64,000 nt of DNA from Candidatus Hydrogenedentota bacterium (GTDB taxonomy: Bacteria; Hydrogenedentota; Hydrogenedentia; Hydrogenedentales; SLHB01): positions 64,001-128,000 of the forward strand of contig CAXXTH010000009.1 of assembly GCA_963668025.2 (NCBI GenBank), written 5' to 3'. Shown piece after piece: positions 29,688 to 38,456 of this stretch. Every line of letters begins with the position of its first letter. The first letter of the stretch is position 1. The notes beneath the pieces were generated by a model, which had not been told where the DNA came from, searched no databases, and worked only from the letters and a program-made list of their open reading frames with translations. The translations under genes and the position numbers were made by a program.

Positions 29688-29921
29688 TCGGAAAGCTCAA
29701 GACACTCCAAGCACACCGAAAACGGGATGACGCACGTTTGGACTGGAGCCGCTCACAACGAAAACCTCACCCTATTTCAAAGTGCTCCTACTTTCATGGC
29801 GCACACCCGCAAGATGTGAAACGCATGAACGGAAACATGCGGCCCGAGTGTGTGCATTTGCTTGCGATGGCTCCGCTAAAAGGGTCGATATCAGAAAAGT
29901 TATCCGTTTCTTCCTATCATG

Positions 29922-29950
29922 TTGACATACTTTTTTCTTTGAAGTATTAT
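29922..29950 (+). promoter_or_regulatory. sigma70 promoter of the cbiM/nikM operon
   Basis: TTGACA-N17-TATTAT. Confidence 0.65.
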
Positions 29951-30024
29951 TTTCGTATGAGTAAAAAGAAAATTGTATGTAACAAGGCCAGCTAGTTGCA
30001 GGAAGGCCGGGGAGGGTTCCAGTT

Positions 30025-31071
30025 ATGCATATGGCGGATGCGTTGTTATCTCCTGCCGTGGGAGGAGTGATGTGGGCGGCTACGGCTGCGACAACGATAT
30101 ATTGCGCGCGCAAGGTGCATTGCACGCTCGATGAGCGCCGTGTGCCCATGATGGGCGTGCTAGGCGCATTCATTTTCGCGGCGCAAATGATCAATTTCAC
30201 GATTCCGGGAACCGGCTCGAGCGGCCACTTGGGCGGCGGTTTGTTGCTGGCCATCTTGCTAGGGCCTCATGCGGCTTTTCTCACCATCGCCAGCGTGCTG
30301 ACGGTGCAGGCCTTGTTCTTTGCGGATGGCGGCCTCTTGGCGCTTGGGTGCAACGTCTTTAATCTAGGTTTCTTCCCATGTTTCATCGCCTATCCACTGA
30401 TTTATCGTCCGCTGGCTGGCGCATCGTTGAATCCGAGCCGCATATCTGCTGCCGCCTCAGTAGCGGCCGTGGCCGGGTTGCTGATGGGTGCGTTCGGAGT
30501 GGTGCTCGAAACGACGGCTTCGGGTGTTTCAGAACTGCCCTTCGGTAAATTTGTGCTGCTTATGCTGCCTATCCACTTCGCCATTGGCATTGTGGAGGGG
30601 CTTGTAACGGCGGCTGTCGCTAATTTTGTGTGGAAGGCGAGGCCGGAAGTGCTCGAAACGGCGGCGGAATCGAAGCCATTGGGCCAGGCCGCCATGGGCA
30701 AAGTGATGGCTATGCTTTTGCTGGCGGCTGTCGTGACGGGCGGAGCGCTTTCCTGGTTCGCATCGGCTTATCCGGATGGGCTCGAGTGGTCCATGTTCCG
30801 CACCTCGGGCAAGGAAGAACTCGATGCTCCCGTGAATCCAGTCTTCGCCGCGGCGGAGTCCATTCAAGAAAAAACCGCTTTCATGCCCGATTACGGCTTT
30901 AAGGAAACGGAAGAAACAGCAACCGACGAAACGCCGGCTGCAACCGAGAACGCGGAAGCATGGCCAGCGGTTTCAGCGGGCACCTCCATCGCCGGGTTTG
31001 TCGGCGGCGCTATTACGCTTGCGCTTGCGGGATTGATTGGAATGGTGCTGCGCATGCGGCCAGCGATGTAA
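30025..31071 (+). CDS. cbiM: ECF Ni/Co transporter substrate component CbiM/NikM fused to a PDGLE (NikN-like) domain
   Basis: N-terminal MHMAD metal ligand; SSGHLGGG; FADGG..ALG.N; PDGLE and PDY motifs. Confidence 0.9.
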   Translation: MHMADALLSPAVGGVMWAATAATTIYCARKVHCTLDERRVPMMGVLGAFIFAAQMINFTIPGTGSSGHLGGGLLLAILLGPHAAFLTIASVLTVQALFFADGGLLALGCNVFNLGFFPCFIAYPLIYRPLAGASLNPSRISAAASVAAVAGLLMGAFGVVLETTASGVSELPFGKFVLLMLPIHFAIGIVEGLVTAAVANFVWKARPEVLETAAESKPLGQAAMGKVMAMLLLAAVVTGGALSWFASAYPDGLEWSMFRTSGKEELDAPVNPVFAAAESIQEKTAFMPDYGFKETEETATDETPAATENAEAWPAVSAGTSIAGFVGGAITLALAGLIGMVLRMRPAM

Positions 31072-31198
31072 TCAAGCTACTGTGTTTGCGGCTTAGGCGC
31101 AATATCATTGCAAGCCTTGCCGCATGGGGAAACGAGAGTATATGCTGGGGGAGCTTCTTCCGACGAAAAGAGGCTCCCCTTAACGGTATTTAGGCGCT

Positions 31199-32008
31199 AT
31201 GCAATTTGACGCCGCACATATGGACCTTGGACGTTTGGACCGGCTCGCGACGATGGATTCGCCCGTGCATCGTCTGGATCCCCGCGCCAAGCTGGCCACG
31301 ACGCTGGTGTTTGTGGCGGTGGTGGTCTCATTCGCGCCTAATCAATTGGCCGCGTTGATGCCCATGGCGTTATTTCCCATTGCTCTGCTTGCCATGGGAC
31401 GCCTCCCCACGGGATTCCTCTTCCGGAAAGTGCTGTTTGTATCGCCATTCGCGATCATGATTGGCCTGTTTAATCCGATAATAGATCGGCATACGGTGCT
31501 GGAGATATGCGGGCTTCCCATCTCCGGCGGATGGATTTCATTTTCCTCCATCCTCGCCCGTTTCGTGCTGACCGTGCTGGCGGCGCTGGTTTTAATCGCT
31601 TGTACGGGGTTCGACGCCGTCTGTATGGCCTTGCGCCGCTTGCATGCGCCGCAGGCTTTCACTACGCAGCTCATGCTGCTCTACCGCTATTTGTTCGTTT
31701 TGATGGAGGAGACGGGGCGGCTGCTCCGCGCCTACGCGATGCGCGCGCCGCAAGGCAGCGGCATAGGTTGGAAGGCGTATGCCTCGCTGGCGGGCCTATT
31801 GCTGCTGCGCACCCTCGATCGCGCCCAGCGCATCCATGCCGCCATGCTTTGCCGGGGATTCTCTGGCGAGATCCATATGGTGCGCCGCTTGCGTTTGCGC
31901 GCCTCCGATTATGCGTTCTTTCTGTTTTGGACGGCGTATTTTCTGCTGGCGCGGCTGTATAATCTGCCTCAGCGCGCGGGCGAACTGGCGATAGGATTGT
32001 TTTCATGA
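31199..32008 (+). CDS. cbiQ: ECF transporter T component CbiQ/NikQ
   Basis: SPVHRLDPRAK, YRYL and AM.CRGF motifs. Confidence 0.9.
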   Translation: MQFDAAHMDLGRLDRLATMDSPVHRLDPRAKLATTLVFVAVVVSFAPNQLAALMPMALFPIALLAMGRLPTGFLFRKVLFVSPFAIMIGLFNPIIDRHTVLEICGLPISGGWISFSSILARFVLTVLAALVLIACTGFDAVCMALRRLHAPQAFTTQLMLLYRYLFVLMEETGRLLRAYAMRAPQGSGIGWKAYASLAGLLLLRTLDRAQRIHAAMLCRGFSGEIHMVRRLRLRASDYAFFLFWTAYFLLARLYNLPQRAGELAIGLFS

Positions 32009-32802
32009 GTCACCACCTTGTCGAGATGCAGGATGTATGCTTCACGTATCCGGATGGAACTCCCGCACTGGATCGAGTTTCTTTCCGCATCACCCATGGC
32101 GAATCCGTCGGCATCGTGGGCGCGAACGGCGCGGGCAAATCGACGCTCCTGCTCCATCTCATCGGCTCGCTAATGCCGCGTTCCGGCACGGTGCGCATCG
32201 GCGATATGCCGCTCACAAAGGACACGCTGCCCCATATACGGCGTACGGTGGGCATGATCTTCCAGGATCCCGATGACCAGCTCTTCATGCCGAATGTGCA
32301 TGATGACGTGGCTTTCGGGCCATTGAACATGGGGCTTCCGCCGGAGGAAGTTGAGGAGCGGGTTTCGCGGGCGTTGGAGACCGTGGGCGCGGCCCATCTG
32401 CGCGAGCGCCCGCCGTACCGGCTGTCGGGTGGGGAAAAACGCGCCGTATCCATCGCCACGGTGCTCTCGATGTGGCCGGACATATTGGTCATGGACGAAC
32501 CGAGCGCCAACCTCGATTCCTATTCACGCCGCCAGCTCATCGAGTTGCTCAAAACCTTTAAGCACACGAAGATTATCGCCACCCATGACCTCGATTTAGT
32601 GCTGGATATCTGCACGCGCACGATGATGATGCAAGCGGGCCGCATCGTGGCCGGCGGGCCGACGATTGAGATACTTCAGAACGATGCCCTGCTTGCGCAA
32701 AGCCATCTCGAACGGCCGTTGCGGCTCCAAGGCTGCCCCATTTGTGGCAACCGCAACCCAGCCAGCGATTCTTTGGACCACGAAACACACGGCGTGGCAT
32801 AA
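32005..32802 (+). CDS. cbiO: ECF transporter ATPase CbiO/NikO
   Basis: GANGAGKS, FQDPDDQLF, LSGGEK, DEP. Confidence 0.92.
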   Translation: MSHHLVEMQDVCFTYPDGTPALDRVSFRITHGESVGIVGANGAGKSTLLLHLIGSLMPRSGTVRIGDMPLTKDTLPHIRRTVGMIFQDPDDQLFMPNVHDDVAFGPLNMGLPPEEVEERVSRALETVGAAHLRERPPYRLSGGEKRAVSIATVLSMWPDILVMDEPSANLDSYSRRQLIELLKTFKHTKIIATHDLDLVLDICTRTMMMQAGRIVAGGPTIEILQNDALLAQSHLERPLRLQGCPICGNRNPASDSLDHETHGVA

Positions 32803-32828
32803 CCGCAACCAAACGGCCTGCTTTTCTT

Positions 32829-32896
32829 AACCGCGAATAGACGCGAATATTTTTTCTCCGTGTTTTAACTCCCGTGGCATGGGCGTCTCGCCCATG
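32829..32896 (+). repeat. AACCGCGAATAGACGCGAAT motif plus a GTGG REP hairpin
   Basis: GTGG-CATGGGCG-TCT-CGCCCATG; hairpin identical to 14733-14751. Confidence 0.72.
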
Positions 32897-33075
32897 CGAG
32901 ACGGCATGCGAATGGTGATATCTTGTTTTCTTCTTCCATTTGCAGCTTTCCGCTCCGCCCATGTACAATATTCCTTTACGCCGCATGCGCATGGCATGCG
33001 GTTTTTCGATGAGAGACCAGTGGCCCGGCGCAGTCTTGCCTAATCCTTTAACCGCGCGCTTTCGGCGCATGAACC

Positions 33076-34440
33076 ATGGCGAATCTTCAAGCATACATAC
33101 AAACATTCGGCTGCCAGATGAATGAGCACGATAGCCAGCGCATGGCGGGCGTGCTCGAGGGCATGGGGTATCGCCTCGTGGCTACGCCAGACGAGGCGTC
33201 GCTGGTGCTGATGAACACATGTTCCGTGCGCCACAATCCCGAGAATAAAGTCTATAGCCAGCTCGGACGTTTCCGCCGCCTCAAGCAGCGTAATCCGGAC
33301 CTCATTATTGGCGTGGGCGGGTGTGTGGCCCAGCAGGAAGGCGAGCGCATCCTCCAGCGTGAAAAGATCGTCGATATGGTGTTCGGGCCGGATCATTTTT
33401 TTGAACTACCTGAGATGATCGCGCGGGTGCGCGATGGCGAACGGGTCTGCATGGTGAAATGGCAGGAGCGCACGCCCGGCCGCATCCGGAATTTTATCCC
33501 CGAGGAATGGCTCGAAACCGGCCATGTGGATGGCTGCAAGGCGTATGTGGCCATCACGAAAGGCTGTGACAATTTCTGCACGTTCTGCATTGTCCCGTAT
33601 ACGCGCGGGCGGGAGGCCAGCCGTGAGCCGGATAATGTGCTGCGGGAAGTGCGCAGCCTGGTCGAGCGTGGCGCGAAAGAGGTCTGGCTGCTGGGCCAGA
33701 ATGTGAATTCGTACCAGGCGGGGAATTGCGGATTTCTAGAATTGCTGGATATGGTGTCGCGGGTGGATGGACTCAAACGGCTTCGCTTCACGTCACCCCA
33801 TCCGAACGACTGGAACAACGCGCTCACGGATTTGATGGCGGAACGCCCGGTGATCTGCCGGCAATTGCATTTGCCGTTCCAGGCAGGCTCAAACCGGATA
33901 CTGGACCTGATGAACCGCCGCCACACCATCGAGGAATATCTCGAAAAGGCGCGGTATTTGCGCGCCCGCATGCCGGATATCGAACTTAGCGCGGACCTGA
34001 TCGTGGGCTTTCCGACGGAGACGGAAGAGGATTTCCAGTGGACGCTCCGGGTGATGGAGGAAGTGCGCTTCGGCCTGCTGTATTCATTCATGTATTCACC
34101 GCGCCCCGGTACGCGTGCGGTGCGCCTGGGCGACGATGTGCCCCAAGCCGTGAAGGATGAGCGCTTGCAGCGGGTGATCGCTTTGCAGGAAATCATTCAC
34201 GAAGAACGAATGGCGCGTTATCACGGCGCCATCGAGGAAATACTGATCGACGGGGCGCATCCCCGGCGGCGGCACGTCATGAATGGACGCACGGGCGGGT
34301 ATCGTCCCGTGGCCGTATCGGGAAACGGATTCGAGATCGGCGATCTTGTACAAGCGCGCATCACCGGGCACAGCAATCATTGGCTCGAAGGTGAAGCCCT
34401 TGGCGCTGCAATAGAAACGCATAGTAATGAAAGCGAATGA
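33076..34440 (+). CDS. miaB: tRNA-i6A37 methylthiotransferase MiaB
   Basis: TFGCQMNEHDS, NTCSVR, GCVAQ, CDNFCTFC, GQNVNSY, FTSPHP. Confidence 0.95.
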   Translation: MANLQAYIQTFGCQMNEHDSQRMAGVLEGMGYRLVATPDEASLVLMNTCSVRHNPENKVYSQLGRFRRLKQRNPDLIIGVGGCVAQQEGERILQREKIVDMVFGPDHFFELPEMIARVRDGERVCMVKWQERTPGRIRNFIPEEWLETGHVDGCKAYVAITKGCDNFCTFCIVPYTRGREASREPDNVLREVRSLVERGAKEVWLLGQNVNSYQAGNCGFLELLDMVSRVDGLKRLRFTSPHPNDWNNALTDLMAERPVICRQLHLPFQAGSNRILDLMNRRHTIEEYLEKARYLRARMPDIELSADLIVGFPTETEEDFQWTLRVMEEVRFGLLYSFMYSPRPGTRAVRLGDDVPQAVKDERLQRVIALQEIIHEERMARYHGAIEEILIDGAHPRRRHVMNGRTGGYRPVAVSGNGFEIGDLVQARITGHSNHWLEGEALGAAIETHSNESE

Positions 34441-34458
34441 GATGCAAGGAGTGTATAG

Positions 34459-35952
34459 ATGCGGGTCAATGTAGTTCATCCTAACCATAAACTCGATCAA
34501 ATGGGGGAGTGTTGCCTGGTATTGCCGGTGTTCGCGGGAGCGAAGGCCGCCGCCAGCGCAGTGATGCATCCAGAAGACGCGCAGGCAATTGAGCGATTGC
34601 TCGCCGCGCAAGTCATTACGGGGAAACCCGGAGATTGCTATAGCATCCATACGCCGAATCGAATGTATACAGAGATCTTGGCGCTTGGCATGGGCAAACG
34701 GGAAGCTTTTTCGGGAGAAGCCTTACGTCGCGGCGCTGGCAGCGCCAGCGGTGAGTTGTCGAAACGCCGCAAGACGGCGGTGATATTGGACGCTTCCGGC
34801 GAATCGGGCTGGCCCATCGAGTGTTTCCTGGAAGGGTTGATGCTGGGCCAATACCGTTTCGAGCGGTATAAGGCAAAGAAGGCGGATACGCCGGAGCCCT
34901 CAAATATCGAGCAAATCACGTTTGTTATTCCATCGGAGTATTCCGTGAAAGAGTCCGTGGCGTGTTGTGCGCGGGCGGCGCTGGTGTGCGATGCCGTGAA
35001 TTGGGCGCGCGATTTGGGCAACACTGCGCCGAATGACCTGACTCCCATCCGATTGGCGGAAATCGCCCAGGAAATGGCGCGGGAATCGGGGCTTGGTTTT
35101 GAATGCCTGGATGAGCGGCAAATGGCCGAATTGGGCATGGGCGCGCTGCTGGGCGTGGCGAAAGGCAGCGCCGAGACGCCCCGGCTTATATTCTTGCGCT
35201 ACGAGCATCCGGAAGCTACGGAGACCATTGGCCTGGCGGGCAAGGGGGTCACGTTCGACACCGGCGGGATCAGCATCAAAGGCTCCGACGGCATGCAGGA
35301 CATGAAGTACGACATGTGCGGCGCGGCGGCCGTATTGGGTGCGATGAAAGCGCTGGCGGCGTTGAAGCCTAAGCGGAATATCGTAGCGGCCGTTCCGGCG
35401 GTCGAGAATATGCTCGGAGGCAAGGCCCAGCATCCAGGTGATGTCGTGCGCGCATATAACGGGAAGACCATCGAAGTGCAAAACACGGACGCCGAAGGGC
35501 GGATGATACTCGCGGACGCGATTGCCTATCTGGTCGAGCGGCATAAGCCCGTGCGTTTGGCCGATATCGCTACGCTCACTGGCGGCTGCATCACCGCATT
35601 AGGCCATCACGCCATCGGGCTGATGTCCAATAACGACGCCGAAGCGGCGTGCGCCATCGCCTGTGGCGAAGCCGTGGGCGAGCGGCTCTGGCGGCTGCCC
35701 TTATGGGAAGACTACAACGAACTTATGCAGAGCGATTACGTGGATATATGCATCGTCGGCGCATCAAGGGAAGCGAGCGCTATCGTGGGCGGCTGCTTCA
35801 TCCAACAATTCGTGAGCGGGACGCCCTGGATACATCTGGACATCGCGGGGACGGCATTTGATGTGAAGCATCTGCCCTACCTGAATCCAAAATACGCCAC
35901 GGGTTCGGGTGTGCGGCTGCTGGTCCAGTGGGCCTGTTCGCCGGGAGTGTGA
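34459..35952 (+). CDS. pepA: leucyl aminopeptidase (M17)
   Basis: GKGVTFDTGG, MKYDMCG, NTDAEGR, HLDIAG. Confidence 0.95.
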   Translation: MRVNVVHPNHKLDQMGECCLVLPVFAGAKAAASAVMHPEDAQAIERLLAAQVITGKPGDCYSIHTPNRMYTEILALGMGKREAFSGEALRRGAGSASGELSKRRKTAVILDASGESGWPIECFLEGLMLGQYRFERYKAKKADTPEPSNIEQITFVIPSEYSVKESVACCARAALVCDAVNWARDLGNTAPNDLTPIRLAEIAQEMARESGLGFECLDERQMAELGMGALLGVAKGSAETPRLIFLRYEHPEATETIGLAGKGVTFDTGGISIKGSDGMQDMKYDMCGAAAVLGAMKALAALKPKRNIVAAVPAVENMLGGKAQHPGDVVRAYNGKTIEVQNTDAEGRMILADAIAYLVERHKPVRLADIATLTGGCITALGHHAIGLMSNNDAEAACAIACGEAVGERLWRLPLWEDYNELMQSDYVDICIVGASREASAIVGGCFIQQFVSGTPWIHLDIAGTAFDVKHLPYLNPKYATGSGVRLLVQWACSPGV

Positions 35953-35955
35953 GCC

Positions 35956-37269
35956 ATGTCCGCGCAGGAACGGCGCGCCTCCATATACACGTTGGGTTGC
36001 CGGTTGAACCAATCCGAGACCGGCCTTCTTGCGGAACGGCTTCGCGAAGCGGGCTACTGCATCGTGCCGTTTGATGAGCCTGCCGACCTGGGCATCGTCC
36101 ATACCTGCACGGTCACGGGCGAGGCGGACGCCAAATCGCGCAAGGCCATCAGCGGCTTTATCCGGCGCAATCCGGAGGCGTTTGTCGCGGCCATTGGCTG
36201 CTATTCGCAAATCGGATGCGCCTCGCTGTCCCAGATCAAAGGGCTTGACCTCATCGTTGGCAACCGGGAGAAATTGAACCTTCTCGATTATGTCGGGGAG
36301 TCCAAGAACGCCAGCCCGGTTATCATCTGTGAAAAACCGGATCGCGAGGATTTTTCGATTCCCGTGGCCCAAGGCATGCGGCTTACAACACGGGCGAATC
36401 TGAAAATCCAGGACGGATGCGATTTCATGTGCAGCTATTGCGTCATCCCGTTTGCACGGGGGCGCGCACGGAGCCGCGCATTTGGCAATCTGCTGGAAGA
36501 AGCCGAAAGCCTTGCGGCGGCGGGCGCGAAGGAAATCGTGCTGACGGGCGTCAATTTGGGCACGTATGCCCATGAAGGGCATGGCATTATAGATATCGTG
36601 GATGCGCTCGGCGCATTGGATGGCGTTGCGCGCGTGCGCATAAGTTCCATCGAGCCGACGACGATTCCCGAGGCGCTCTTCGAACGCATGGCTGCGGCGG
36701 AGCATGCCTTGGTTCCGTATTTGCACATCCCCATGCAATCCGGCTCTGATGCCGTGCTCGAGCGCATGCGCCGCCGGTACGTAGCAGATGAGTTCCGGGT
36801 GTTTATCGAGGGCGCGGCGAACACCGTGCCGGATGTGTGCATTGGCACCGATCTCCTGGTGGGAACGCCAGGCGAGACCGAGAGTGAATTCGCGGAAACG
36901 GCTCAGTTTCTACAGGACAGCCCCATTCATTACGCCCATGTGTTCAAGTATTCCGAGCGAAAGAACACCTTGGCGTCCCGCTATCCGGATAAAGTGGACC
37001 CCAAAACAGCCAGTGCGCGGGCGGCGGAATTGCGCCGCATCGCCGCCGCGAAGCGCCATGCATTTGATGCATCGCACATAGGCCGCTGCCTGGCGGTCTT
37101 GTTTGAAGAGCAAGAAGGCGGCTTATGGGCCGGGTATACGGGGAATTACATCCGTGCGGCCGTGCGTTCCGAGGAAGAGTTAGGCAATCAAATCCGGCTT
37201 GTGCGGCTCGAACGCGTACAGGGCGATAACGTGATAGGAACCCTTCATGGAACTGCTAAGCAAGCTTGA
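35956..37269 (+). CDS. mtaB: tRNA-t6A37 methylthiotransferase MtaB
   Basis: TLGCRLNQSET, TCTVT..AD.KSR, KIQDGCDFMCSYC, RISSIEP. Confidence 0.9.
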   Translation: MSAQERRASIYTLGCRLNQSETGLLAERLREAGYCIVPFDEPADLGIVHTCTVTGEADAKSRKAISGFIRRNPEAFVAAIGCYSQIGCASLSQIKGLDLIVGNREKLNLLDYVGESKNASPVIICEKPDREDFSIPVAQGMRLTTRANLKIQDGCDFMCSYCVIPFARGRARSRAFGNLLEEAESLAAAGAKEIVLTGVNLGTYAHEGHGIIDIVDALGALDGVARVRISSIEPTTIPEALFERMAAAEHALVPYLHIPMQSGSDAVLERMRRRYVADEFRVFIEGAANTVPDVCIGTDLLVGTPGETESEFAETAQFLQDSPIHYAHVFKYSERKNTLASRYPDKVDPKTASARAAELRRIAAAKRHAFDASHIGRCLAVLFEEQEGGLWAGYTGNYIRAAVRSEEELGNQIRLVRLERVQGDNVIGTLHGTAKQA

Positions 37270-38080
37270 GCCTGCCGCGGAAGCGCAGGCTATCGAAAAA
37301 GAGAAGCATTTAAGCGATTTGTTCTCGGGATATGGCAAAGCGGCCATCGCCTATTCCGGCGGCGTGGATTCCACGTATTTGGCCGATGTGGCGCATAGCG
37401 TGCTCGAGGCAAACGCCCACCTGGTTCTGGCGGATTCACCGAGCATTCCGCGTGCGGAATTGGCGGAGGCCATGCAATTGGCCCAAGAGCGGGGCTGGAA
37501 TTTGCAAGTGCTTCATACGGATGAGTTTGCAAATCCTGATTTCGTGCGCAATGACGCCAGGCGCTGCTACTACTGTAAAACCGAGCTCTTTTCAAAGATG
37601 CGTGCATACGCCGCGCAGCATGGCATCTCCATCTTGGTGTATGGGGCCAATACGGATGACCTGCAAGACGCCACCCGCGTCGGTTCGATTGCAGCGAAGG
37701 AACAGCGGGTGGTCGCGCCGTTGCAAGGCGTGCGGATGACCAAGCAGGAAATCCGTTTCCTGAGCGCACGGCGGGGCTTGCCCACTTCCGATAAGCCCGC
37801 ATTCGCATGCTTATCGTCCCGGCTGCCCAAAGGCGCGCCCGTCACGTTGGACGCCTTGGCGCGCATCGAGCAGGCGGAGGAAGCGTTGCGGCGGGAAGGA
37901 TTCCGCCAATACCGTGCGCGGCATCACGGCGATATCTGCCGCATTGAAGTTGAAGCGGCGGATTTACCGCGCTTGCTGGAGCCGGACACGCGCCAGCGCG
38001 TGGTCGATGCCCTGAACCAAGCCGGATACCGGTATGTCACACTCGATTTGGCGGGGTATCGTTCGGGCAGCACGGCATAA
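37247..38080 (+). CDS. larE: LarE-family ATP-dependent sulfur transferase
   Basis: PP-loop SGGVDS; RCYYCK; ACLSSR; C-terminal VTLDL.GYRSGS. Confidence 0.9.
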   Translation: MELLSKLEPAAEAQAIEKEKHLSDLFSGYGKAAIAYSGGVDSTYLADVAHSVLEANAHLVLADSPSIPRAELAEAMQLAQERGWNLQVLHTDEFANPDFVRNDARRCYYCKTELFSKMRAYAAQHGISILVYGANTDDLQDATRVGSIAAKEQRVVAPLQGVRMTKQEIRFLSARRGLPTSDKPAFACLSSRLPKGAPVTLDALARIEQAEEALRREGFRQYRARHHGDICRIEVEAADLPRLLEPDTRQRVVDALNQAGYRYVTLDLAGYRSGSTA

Positions 38081-38088
38081 TGGACCGT

Positions 38089-38433
38089 TCAGCCTAATTC
38101 CTCGAACGACATAACGGCCTCGCCGCAGGTGGCGTATACATCGAAAACACGCAACATGCGGACAAGATCAAATAGCGAGCGCACAGGCTTGGTCATGCCG
38201 CAGAGGCGCAACTCGCCGCCACGTCCTTTGACTTGCCTAAGGCACGATAAAAAAGCTCCAAGGCCAGAGCTGTCCACGAAACGCAATTCCGAGAGATCCA
38301 GAACCACATAGGGGCTTTCTTCGAGAAGCGGCGCTACGCTTTGGCGGAATTCTTTCGAGTTACGGGCGTCCAGTTGCTCACCGGGGATCGTGATTACCGC
38401 AACTTTTCCCTGTGTCTCTATCTGAAGCTCCAT
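38089..38433 (-). CDS. STAS anti-sigma-factor antagonist (RsbV/SpoIIAA-like)
   Basis: LDLSELRFVDSSGLG with the phosphoacceptor Ser; AGGAGG RBS. Confidence 0.93.
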   Translation of the reverse strand: MELQIETQGKVAVITIPGEQLDARNSKEFRQSVAPLLEESPYVVLDLSELRFVDSSGLGAFLSCLRQVKGRGGELRLCGMTKPVRSLFDLVRMLRVFDVYATCGEAVMSFEELG

Positions 38434-38456
38434 GGCCGAATTCCTCCTTTGCTTTT

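Larger units (their letters stand above)
29111..29808. mobile_element. 698-bp non-autonomous element (MITE-A)
   Basis: 12-bp TIRs GGGTGTGCGCCA (29111) and TGGCGCACACCC (29797-29808); 9-bp TSD GCAAGATGT at 29102-29110 and 29809-29817; second partial copy at 42481. Confidence 0.88.

Noticed and set aside
29690-30024. Cobalamin riboswitch upstream of cbiM
   Set aside because: No B12-box or GGGAA...GCCACTG core recognised; much of the region is MITE-A sequence and the leader after the promoter is short.
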